Part shown: positions 35,201-47,200 of the stretch, piece after piece | How positions within the stretch are numbered: the stretch's first letter is position 1 | Layout of the letters: each line of letters starts with the position of its first letter | DNA from: Podarcis filfolensis | Taxonomy: Eukaryota | Direction: 5' to 3' (one strand) | NCBI GenBank assembly: GCA_964270895.1 | Contig: OZ185448.1 | Length of the DNA stretch: 64,000 nucleotides | Notes under the pieces: generated by a model | What the model saw: the letters and a program-made list of their open reading frames with translations, nothing else | Told to the model about the DNA's origin: nothing | The model's database searches: none | Made by a program: the position numbers and the translations under genes

Positions 35201-38200
35201 GCTGGCTGGAAACATACAGAGCCAAGTGCTAAGACTTAGCAATGCAGGATCAAAACTGAAGTTCAGCCCCGCATGAGGCACCTGAGCAAAAAACCACAGA
35301 CCTCTTACATATGTAGGAACATAGGAATCTGCCTTATACAGTGTCAGACCAAGGTTGTTTTAAAGTTCAGAGGCATAAAATAATTTACACACAATATATT
35401 TTAGCTCTTTTCGCCCTTCTCCACCCAAATTATTGCCCCCTGACGCCTTGGATCTGAGGGAACCTGGGCGACTGAGCAGGTGAGAGTTATTTCCCCACTT
35501 TAGTGATGGCCACCAGATAATAAAGATTCCTACTGGCTGAGACAAAGCAAGCATTCCTCCAGAAAGAGCGGATCGTGCCTGGTTGGGTTTAAGCTGGTAC
35601 AGCTAGGAAGTTGGATTCTGGGATTCCCTGCATTGCAAATTCCCAACATTTACCTGGGCACAATATGATAAGCATTTCTTGCTTGTAGCCACAGGCCATT
35701 GTAAGTACAATAAAATACAAAAGACAAAGCAGAAGCAAATTTAATCCCACTCAAAATGAAATGACAGTTAAAGTCAACGTAAAAAACCATTTGGGGTTGT
35801 CCTTAATTTCTGCTTGCTCAAATTAACGAGTCACCTTTGCAAACCACCCACATTTAGTTCGAAAGCCTCGTTCAGATTTTCTTCACTGCAGTGAAACCTG
35901 CTAGGACCTGTGTTCGAATTGTTCCCTGTACAGTGGTACCTCTGGTTACGTACTTAATTCATTCCGGAGGTCCGTTCTTAACCTGAAACTGTTCTTAACC
36001 TGAAGCACCACTTTAGCTTATGGGGCCTCCCACTGCCGCTGCACCACTGGAGCACGATTTCTGTTCTCATCCTGAAGCAAAGTTCTTAACCCGAGGTACT
36101 ATTTCTGGGTTAGCAGAGTCTGTAAGCTGAAGCGTCTGTAACCTGAAGCGTATTTAACCTGAAGCATATGTAACCCGAGGTACCACTGTACATGGGAAAT
36201 ATCAACCAGTTGGGACAGCCCAGTGGCATGCATAGTGCCATCTTGATTCCTGATGAATATTCTCAACACAAGTGTGGGTAGGGGGGGCAGGAATTAATGT
36301 GGCGCCGGCAGCGCCTGTACGACCATGGCAGCCCGATGGGACTTCTTGCCAAGTACAGGTGAGAGCTCCTGAATGACCCACGCCTGGAAAGGCTGCTCTG
36401 TGGTTATACCTGACTGATGAATGAAAGCTGGGAAGAGGGCTAGCGAGACCTGCACAGACTCCTGTAGTGACTGGTAGCAGAGCTGGCGGGACTTGGTGGC
36501 TTCCCCAGAGATGCTTTCCACGATATCTTCCAAGACGCTGAGAGTCTGATGGATAACTGTCTTGGCTGCAACATCAAGAGAGGACATTCAAACCATCAGC
36601 CCAGGGCACCAGTGGTGGTGAAAATAGATAAAAGTTAAGAGGTGGTAGCCCGAAATTCCCAAACCATTTGCTGTGAGAAAATGGCTAGGTTTTCCATGGG
36701 AAATTACAAAATGTAGACCCAAGACACCCACCCCAGAGGTGCATCTCTGTAAGATTCCCTACGCTGTCCTTGCCTCCTCCTAAACAGCTTCTACTGAGAA
36801 TGGGCCAGTCTGTCCTGTCTCTGAAGAGACGCAGCATAATCACCAGAGTTGTGCAGCCTGTCTGGACAAATACAGGATCCCAAACCAAATTGGGCCAATC
36901 CAGGATTTGTCTAGGCAGCCCCAAACTGCTCCAGGTTGGATCCATCTGAAGTGATCCAGGGCTGCCAAACGAGGAAGCAGCTGGTTGGTGGAAAAGGGAG
37001 GCGGAAATGATGGCGGTAGAGACATTGCCTCCTTATTCCCTCCCCACACCGATCAAGTGTTTAATTAGGCTTTAAACCCCTGATTAAACATGTGGTTGCA
37101 AAAGTGCCTAAATCCTTTCCTTCTCCCCCTCAACCACCAACCACAGGTTGAATTAGGATTTAAAACCTTAATTGAAGTGCTGCACAAGGTCTCCCTCATT
37201 GGGTTTGGGTAAGTGGGGAGCCTGCTGCAGTACACACTGCTTCCTGCCAAACAGCTATTGAAGGGGTACCATAGCATCAGCGAGAGCTCCCACATGCCAT
37301 TTTGGAGCCCTTGAAGTATTTTTTTTCCTGGACGTTTGGCTCACTGACATCCTTTTCAGGCTCTGAGGAAGGTTTCCTTGCGAGCCACAAGGACTTTCCA
37401 GCTGTCTCTTGCCATTTCAGGTTAGGAATTGACTGCCTGGTGCCACATGTATACGAAGTCACACACAAGTGGGGGGATGACTGTATTTATATAGTACCAT
37501 TAGTGAACACAACACTTTACAGAGTACGAGAGATGCGCTTGTCTAAACCTCGCAACCCCCAGCACCAATCCCCTTATTTTCCCCAGAAGGACCAGCTGGA
37601 AGGGAAACAAAACTGATAGCAACCTCTCCTGGACTTAGGGGGACTTCAAGATCTCAATGTTACTCACAGCTATAAGTAAGGGTTAATTGCCAATGGACCA
37701 TTGGGAACTGAGACATCAGTTATGCAAAGCTGCTATGTGAATACTTTGGCCAGAATGTCAGTGAGGTTTACTGATCCTTCTGTTCAGACTCTGCTAGCAG
37801 TTACTCTGCCGTTGCTAACAAGGCCTGTATTGGGGGAACTTACTATCGTCCTGCTGTATTTTCCTCTGGGGCAAGATGGCACTGGATTTCAGGCTGCGGT
37901 AATCCCTGGTAAGGGCGGAGATTAGGCTAGCATGGTTATTCGAGCGAATGGCCCACTGTTGTTCACTTTCTGGGAGGTTTGGCCATGGCAGCAGCAGGAT
38001 ATTTGAGAGCGCTCGGCACACGAGTATCTGAGCCTGCGGAGAATAAGACAGATCAAACAAAAAGAAAAGAAAAGAGGTAAGGAGGGAGAGAGAGGAGGAG
38101 GAGCTGAGGAAACACAATCAGCAGCTCTGAAAGGGAAAAGGATGCTGGTGTCCAACCATTTAGATGGGGTTGCCTTGACACTACACTGCACAGACATGCC

Positions 38201-41200
38201 AACAGCAGAGCCAAAGAGCTTAGAGTCAACAGGCTTACTGAGCACTAAAAAGAAGGAGTTTGGATTTGATATCCCATTTTATCACTACCCTAAGGAGTCT
38301 CAAAGCGGCTAACAATTTCCTTTCCTCCCCCACAACAAACACTCTTTGAGTGAGGCTGAGAGACTTCAGAGAAGTGTGACTAGCCCAAGATCACCCAGCA
38401 GCTGCATGTGGAGGAGCGGGGAAGCGAACCCGGTTCACCAGATTACGAGTCTACCGCTCTTAACCACTACACCACACTGGCTCTAAGCAAAACACACGTG
38501 CGTGGCTCAGATGCATGCTGCTCCTCTCCCCTCTCTTTATTGGAAGCAGCTGTGAGATCGGAAGCAGGCCACTTCTAAGCTACCCAGAATTACTTCTTGT
38601 GTCTGAACCATCTACAGTCAACGGACGTGCAGTGGTGTTGCTCCGCTATCCAAGCCAATACAATGGCAGCTCGCTCACTAAGTCCCACCGTACCTTATCG
38701 GGGAGGCGCTGAGCAGAAGTATCTGTGATCCTGTTGAACATTTTCTGGACAGCTGGGATGCTGATAAGAAACACGGGCCGTACTGTGGTGGCCAAGGAGA
38801 CGAGCAGGTGGCAGGAAGACAACAGTAACTTCTCTTGTACCTGAGCAGGGTGGGGGGGGGGCAGGAGGACAGAGATCTTCAGCCTCTTTTGTAACTGAAT
38901 CAACAGAAGGGTTTGATCCAGAAGATTCAGAAACGGTACATAAGAGTGAACAGGTTTGTTGTGGCTGCTACTCCACGGAGGGGCAGCTGAAGGACATGCA
39001 CTGGTCTTCTGGAACCTCTTCAACAGCTTATGAATGGGGAGTCAACCAGCAGCAACAATAACCTAGCCAGAATACTGTTTACGCTGCTCTTTCAGCCCAT
39101 GATTACAAGAGGCAGCAAGAAGTTTAAGACCTTTCAGGAGTTCTGAGGGAGAGCAATTTATCAAAAAGCTAAGCCAGCCTCCCCAATTGGCGACAAGGAA
39201 GACAAAAGACAGGAGCAGCCAGAACCCAACCTGAAAAGTTTTGGAGAGGACTGCAGCTCAACCACTGCTCTAAACAGCACAGGATGGACAGAGGAGAACC
39301 AGGTTGGAGGCAAAGTTTTCATGCTCTGGTTCTGTTTTTTTTGAATGGTGATCTCTAGTCTTTTGTTCTCCTGAGCACTCTCTTTGAAAGATCACCTTCC
39401 ACCCAAGAAAGGGAAGCTCGTATTGCTGCAAAATGGTAGCTCAACCCAGCAGCAGTTCACTACTGACAGTTCAAATGAGGCAGCTTCCCATTATACACAT
39501 TGAACAATAATTTACGTCCCCTGCACAAGAATGGCCACCTTGCCCGGCAAAAGAGGTTTGGTTTTGTACACAATGGCTGATGCCGCTGGGTCATGCATTG
39601 TACCTTAGAACTGATTAGCGGAGTGATTGCTTCCAGGGCAGTAGAGATGAGGGAGACAAATTGTGTGGGGTTTTGCCGATGAACTTCACCATAGAACTGT
39701 GCTAGCCAGTGACAGTAAGCCTGCAGGGCTGCAAGGGATTGTGCATGCCTAGAGGAACAGAGAGACACAGAATCTCAAATGTAAGATGAAGGGAACAGAA
39801 GTACACAAGACCAATAATCTTCAGGTCTACTCATTTCCAGTTGTGTATCTGACTTGAACCCTGGCTTCCTAGGTCTAACATGCTAATCCAGCCTTTCTCA
39901 ACCTGGGTCCCCAGATGTTGTTGGACTACAACTCCCATCATCCCTGACCACTAGTCAACCCAAGGCTGAGAAAGGCTGCATCATGTAGGCTCTGCGAAAC
40001 TGGTTGGCTGGGCTCAGGTCATAGCAGTCCATGACATCATTTGGTTGGGGCAGTTGCATCATGAGGAAGTGAGCAACACAGAGGAAAGGATATGAAACAC
40101 ATGAGCTGGGCCTATGGAGTCAAGGAGTGAAAACATCTGACATTCCTAGCAATGCCATAATCTATTAAAAGGACTGTTGACAAGCTGCTACAGAAGCTGC
40201 ACAGACCACAGTGGCACTCTGACCGTGCAACGCCCTCCCACAGGACATGGAGAAGCAAAACTTCGGGCGCATTGTTTAGCCTTGGGATACGGAGGATCGC
40301 CAGCTGGGAAGGGACGTCTGGTGGGGCTGGGCTGTGGTCATTCAGACTCTGCTGGGCCCCTCTGATTTCCTGTGCAGGAAAGATCTTTCGCAACCCCCAT
40401 CACTATCAACAACTGCAGGGTGAAGAACTCTAGAGAGTTCCCTTGCATAGGTACAAAACATGTCTTTTGGCTTCAGTAAGGAACCAGACTTCAAGTGAGC
40501 ATTTCCAAAACACTTTCTAACACTGCATTTTTTATTATTATATCATACTCACACATCAATAAGGTCAGGTTTCAGGACAGATGGCACAGCAGTTTCAATA
40601 TTGTAGAGTTTAATCTGGGACCCATATAGAGTTACCTTGACCAGTCTGTGGGAGGAGATAAGAGGCAAGGAAATGAGGAAAAGTGGGACTCAATAATATA
40701 CAGAATCCTCTGCTACCTTGAACATAAACCCTGCTTTAAGTTGGATGCACAGAATCTATGCACAAAAGGGAAAGGATGGGAACGTGTGTCCCATTTTGCC
40801 CATTTATAAGTAATGCTGGTGGAAGACATTTTGGGGCCTGATGTTGTGATCAACTGCTTTTAGCAATTAAATGTTTAAAAAATGATTTTCAGGTTTATAC
40901 ATTTCACTAATTTTACAATCATTTTAACATTTCAAAACTTGACTTCCTTCCCCCTCTTTCTGCAGTTCCTTAATTTTTAAAAAATATCTTCTGCATATCC
41001 AAATTAACTTAATCTGCTCATCTACTTTAAATATATTCATCTACTTTAAATATATTCATCTACTTTAAATATATACTCTTACAAAACTGCAAGTTATTAC
41101 ACTAATCCTGCCAATGTTCTTATCTGTTTACAATTTATCTGTAAATATTCAATAAACCAATTCTATTCTTTTATAAAAAGTTTGTTATCTTGATTTCTTA

Positions 41201-44200
41201 TTCTTCCGGTAAGTTTCGCCATTTTGTACCCATTCTTCCTTTGCTGGGACTTCTGCTTCTTTCCATTTTTGGGCGAGTAACATTCTTGCCACTGCAGTAG
41301 CATACATGAATAAGTTTCTATGCAGTTTAGGTAGTTCTGTTCCTTTAATTCCCAAAAGAAACGTTTCTTCTTTTTTGTTTTTTACAAATGTTTATTTGTT
41401 TCTAACTTCTTATTGTTAGCTACTTTGAGCTATTCAAAGGAAAAGTAGAACGTCCTTTTTGGATACAGTCCTTCAGAACAAATAAGGAGTCTGAAGACAT
41501 CTGATATGGAAAGTTCTAACCCTCACCCAGCCTGCCAAACCTTACAAGTAATATGTTCTACTGCAGGGGTGGGAGGCTGGATCTGACAGGTGGGCAAGAT
41601 CATGGCATCCCCATCTGCTGTTGGTGACTCTGACAGGCGTGCAGGACCAAACCCAGCATACCTGCATTTAGTGCTGAATGTAAATATCGCTTGCTGTGGG
41701 TACAGATTTGCCTTGGATTGCATTTCACAGCAAATTTACAAAGGTGCCAAATACAAATTCCAGTTGCAGATAAACAACCAGAGGTGAACTTTACGGCTCA
41801 TTAGTCCTTTGCAGCTGGCTTTGCCTGAGGTCATATCACATCAGTGTGGGACAGATGAAGAAATAGGGCTTCCTGGGTCAAATCAGGATCCTTGCCTGCT
41901 TTGGCCCACAGGTAAGAGGCTTGCATGCCTGTCTTACCACTTCCGCTGTCACTGCCAGTCAGTGAAGGCAATACTGAGCAAGACAGACCAGTGGCCTGAT
42001 TTGGTATAAAGCATCTTTCTATTTTCTCCATTGGAAGCACAACACCCATAATCACGGCTGCATATTGTAATCACTGGTGTTTATATTTTGGCGCTATAAT
42101 GGGATTGCTTTATAGTGTATTTGAATTATGGTGGATTTTTAAAAATTTTCAGCATTTTAACAATGCTGTGCTATTGATTTCCATGTTTTATTTATTTATT
42201 TAATCTATTTAACTGCATTTATATGCTGCTTAATCATTAGCATTTCTAAGCAGTGTGTGTAAACCGCTCAGGAGTCACCTTGGCATTTGGCAGCATAAAG
42301 AACAGCAGGATTCTTTTAGGGCTGCACGTAAAGACCTACAGGAGGCATATCATAAAGACAGACAGCGGCTGGAGCTGAAATGCCAGCAGCTATTAGCAGG
42401 CCTGTCCCAGAATCCAACTCTACAAGAGGGTCATGCTGCCTACCTCTCCACTACAGTATGAGCATCGCTGAACCTCGCGGCAAACATGTCCCCAGTGAAG
42501 TACTCGGCTAACCGACCAACCGCTTGGAGCAAGGAGCTGAGGTCGCGCAAGGAGCAGTGTAAGCGCCGGCAGTCGTTCTCTGCAGTGATGTTCAGCCTGT
42601 GACCTGAAAGGACAGCATGAGCCAGTGGGAATAAAAATGCAAGGAGAAACCGGAATGCAAGTGCTTCTGCTAATAGGGACAAATTACTGCCCATTAAGGT
42701 GATTTAAAGAAATGGCTGTCTCCTGCACAAACTCTTCATAGAATTCAAATACAAAGATTGTCCGAAGCCATAACCTTGTAACACACAAGGCACTCATATG
42801 AGAAATCTAATTATGCAGATAGCTTGCCAGGAAATGAAACATTTACTGTAATTACATTACATGCATTTGCTCTGCATTAGCTGTCTTGCAGGTCACAGTT
42901 CAAGCACCGAATGCAAGCAAGATTGCTAAATTAGGCAGCTTAGAAAGGGGCATTGTTAAAGAGGACATTGGGGTTTTAATCTTTACTAATTATTTGCAGC
43001 TCTTTTCCTCCCAAAAGGCTAAAATGTTTTTCAGAACAGGGTGGCCCCGCTTTACCATACAAGCAACAACAGGGACCCAAACAGCAGAAGTCAAAGTAGT
43101 TTAATCAGAGACAGAAAATCCTGATTGGTTCAAGGGGGTGGGCTCTAGACAACTGCAACATGGAGAAGCTGCGTGTTTCTAATATCCGCTGCTGAAGAGC
43201 ACACCCACAAGAAAACTCACTGGGATTTAGTACTTCCAGTTAAATAACAGGAGTCAAAGCAATCTTAATTTTGTGGCCAGAGGTGCCATCTTCTTAACAG
43301 ACACCGGCACCCTCAATCCTCTTAAGAAGATGGCACCTCTGGCCACAAAATTAAGATTGCTTTGACTCCTGCTATTTAACTGGAAGTACTAAATCCCAGT
43401 GTGTTTTCTTGTGGGTGTGCTCTTCAGCAGCGGATATACTTTGGTGGGGAAGGAGTCGAAACTGCCCCAGCCCCTAGGAGTTGGCGTGCCTGTTGTGGGC
43501 GGTTACCAGCCATTTTGACCCTGAACATGCCTAGACTACGGCAAAACGTTCTACACAGGGCTGCCTTTCAGTCTGTGCAGAATGTGGCAGCTAGATTCCT
43601 AACTTGTCTGGGTGTTCTAATCTTCTCTCAGACCTCTCCTGCACTAGTTGCAGAGGTTCTTGGTCTGTTGCTGGCCCAAATTCAAACTGTCAGTTTGACC
43701 TTGAACATCAAGGGGTCCAAAAAGCAGCCCATCTCCAAATATACCTTTCTGTACCTTAATATGTTCAACAGAAGGCCTTCCACAGAATGCCCTCACCATC
43801 TGAGGAGAGGTGGTTGGTTGGCAGGCAGAGGGCTTTCCCAGGGGTGGCACCCCAACAGCCTCACCCTAAAGAGGCTGACCTGGAATCATTTTTGTTATTT
43901 TGGTTCCAGGAAAAGGTCCTTTTTATTATTTTCATAAGCCTTTGTAATCTTTTTTTTAAAATGTTTTACAGTCTGTTAACTGTTATATGCTGCTTCAGTT
44001 TTACTGCCTTATTAGTTATACCTGTATTTGAAAGTTTACTTCGATCGAGACACTTCAGAAATAAAACTACTTAGGTGTCATACAAGGTGTTTAGCCAAAC
44101 TGTATTATTATATGGAATTTTATTAAAGGGCATGATATAAAATACATTGCGCCCCACCCCCCATGAAAAACCTCACTTGAGACAAGTTATATAATGCACA

Positions 44201-47200
44201 AGTTAAAACACCTTTCTTTAAAATGTGCATATAAAAATAATATTTCTGTAAGCCAAAAAGGAATTTACAACAGGTAGAATGTATTAACCTCTATATAATG
44301 CAGAGTAATATAGTTAGACACCATACAGAGTAAGCAAATTTTAGCTACTGGGATATTTTTGCCGGTATAAATTGCTGTTTATGTCAGAATGAACGTGCAC
44401 ATACTTAAAGCAGTTTTCCCAAGTTAAAGAATGCCAGCTCAGTGATCAGCCCAATATTATAGCAACACAAACAGCACACACACACACACATGAGATTTCA
44501 AACACTGGTAATTTGCCTTACCTGTTCCTGAATTGACTATGAATTGTTGGAGTCCCAGATATACATCTAGATTTTCCTGGAGAACTGGAAACTGAGAAGA
44601 AGAAAACAAGCATAACTTACAAGGTCCTCAACTACAGTAACCATGTATGGTTCCTTGCTGTTTAGAATCTGGACCTAAGCACAATTCATCTGTCACCTAA
44701 ACCTTCATGGACAGGGAAAATAAAAGTTTGGGAGTTCAGTATCATAGCCTTACAATGAAAAATGATGTCAATGGGACACTGCAGGAAAACGATTCCCCTG
44801 GGAAAGAAGCTTTTCCAAAACAGGACTTGCTTACTAATGGTCTGCAACAGGATCCAGAATGCTCTTAAATACATGTTTGCAGAACTGCATGGGTCCCAGT
44901 AACATCCTCCATTGCCTTTACCCGGCATTCAAGTGCCCCATGGGCTTCACATACGTTACTGGGGATGTCTATGAAGATAGGCAAGGCACCGGTAAAGGTA
45001 AGTCACTGTTCCCATTTTTTTTTTTTTAATAATATTTTTATTTTTCCATATAAACACAATACAACAAACATAAACATACAAAAACAAAAACAAAACAAAA
45101 AACATGTATCATTTCATATCCTAATTTCATATCCTATCTTCCCCGACTTCCTCATGCCTCCCCTTTCTGTATTCCAAATTCTTATCGATTGTTCAGCAAA
45201 TCTTCCCTTATTTTAATTTAAATTTAGACTATTCTTCCTTATTCTCCTTGTCTTAACCATTACTAATAGTAACCATTTACTTTCCAGTCCAACATCATTC
45301 TAACTTTCATTAACTTTGTAATATTTCTTTAAATAGTCCTTGAATTTTTTCCATTCTTCACATACGTTACTGGGGATGTCTATGAAGATAGGCAAGGCAC
45401 CGGTAAAGGTAAGTCACTGTTCCCATTTTTTGTCCCACCTTTACGCAGTGGCCGCCAAGGTAGCATATATGCAACAGTGACACATAAGAATACACAAAAT
45501 AAAGCAGATTAACATAAACAGTGTCAGCCTTAGCAACAGGAGGGAAATAACCACGAACAATTCCATAATGATAACCTGCCTGTAATCACCACCATCATAA
45601 CGGGAGGACTTATGCTGGGAGTGCAGCTTGCTTTTAAGGTTCCCTAAGCAATTTATGGTGAAGGGAGAGCTGGATCAGATTTATAGCACAGCATCCTATG
45701 GTCAAAACTATGTGGCACTAAATATATCATTAGCAACAATGCCTGTGTTTTTAAAGACAGTATTAAGACATCACTCCCCACACCTTCCATTTTTTGCCGG
45801 AAAAACTGTACATGAGAAAGGGAGGTTAAACCCTTCCTTCTCCAGTCACATTCCTGCCATAAACTGCCCTACACTGCTCTGCAATTACTCTTAGAAAGTG
45901 TTCCTATAGGTACTAATGTGACTCCCACGCCCTCAGGTTAAATATTGCAATGGTGCCGGAGGAGGGGGAGTAAGCAGGATAGTGGTATGATCCAGTTCCA
46001 CTGAAATCTGCCTCCCCCAGCTTAGTATTTTTTTTAACCCAGATGTAATAGCAAACAAGGCATACAATGTCACATGCTAATATTGGCCAGGAAGGGAGGG
46101 GTTTAAACTGCCTCCAGTCTCTTGCAAGCTTCCCCCAACAATGGATGTAGCACTACATGTGGTTTGTCACATTGATCATTTATAGCTACTGTTCTGCTAG
46201 TGTACAGGTCAAGGGTCAGAGGATGAAGAGCTGAAAGACAGAAGCAGCAACACCAGCTCCTAAAATGTGAAAATCCTCACAGCCACCCCCCCGCCCTGGA
46301 CTGCAAGCCTTTAAACACAAACCATGCTGCTAGATATTCATTTGCAATATAGGTTTAATAATGCACCATCTGTTGGCAAACTGCAGCACTGAGTGTCCCC
46401 AAACTGGAAAGCACCAAGAGATGAGCAGGGGAGGGAATCCCTGCCAGAAGTGTCAATCTCACACCAAGGAATTCTAAGTGCTAATCTAGCACCACCGGAC
46501 AAGGAGATGACATGCTGTGTTACTAGCCGGCAGGTATGTCACAGCTTTGCAACAGGGAAGCAAGATGGGAGACACAGGGAAATGATCAGATGCCTTGGCT
46601 GCCATCCCAGGAGTCAATGTCACGTGGCAGGATTTAAACCGCATAGTTGTTCCAGCTAGGTCTATGAACTCAAAGCCTACCTCCTAGTGGGCAGAAGTTT
46701 AGCAGAGCCATCTCATACTACTACTAACTTGGCATGCTCCTTGTGGCAATAGCCGCAGAGAGGATGTACATGATGTGATTTCTGCCAAGGAGGTAAGAAA
46801 ACAGATATCCAGTCTCGAACTGGAACCCAGGGTGGAGGTGTGCCCATGTGACTGTGTATGATCTCATGACATGCGCATGCCAGCATGTCGCTGTTAAACG
46901 AGTGGTCAACCCTCAAAGTGGACCCTAGTCAGAAAAAGGTTAAGCCACCCCTGCTCTATACAAAGTGGCACACAGGAACACAATTTCCACCAAATACTTT
47001 CACTTTACGCTTGCCAATTGATTTTAAGATTCCTTGAAAAGGTGAACGACTGAAGCACTGCTTGAAGTTAAGCGAATGCCTTTTGTGTATGAAAGAAACT
47101 TTGCAAGTGAGTCATGTGTACCGGCTATTTCATATTTTAAAAAGTTATTATTATTACTATTATTATTATTTGAGCCTCCATTCTAGGTCAGAAGGACCAC

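Noticed and set aside
41019-41074. Short direct-repeat arrays as CRISPR-like structures
   Set aside because: These are spacer-less tandem duplications in eukaryotic DNA, consistent with replication slippage.
43190-43225. Hammerhead-ribozyme-like core (CTGAAGA...GAAA) in the hairpin's left arm
   Set aside because: The sequence between the two motifs (gcacacccacaa) cannot form helix II and I see no helix III/cleavage triplet. At most a degenerate hint of Penelope origin.
43401-43937. 178-aa plus-strand ORF
   Set aside because: Starts in the hairpin arm and runs through a decayed L2; no coherent protein similarity.
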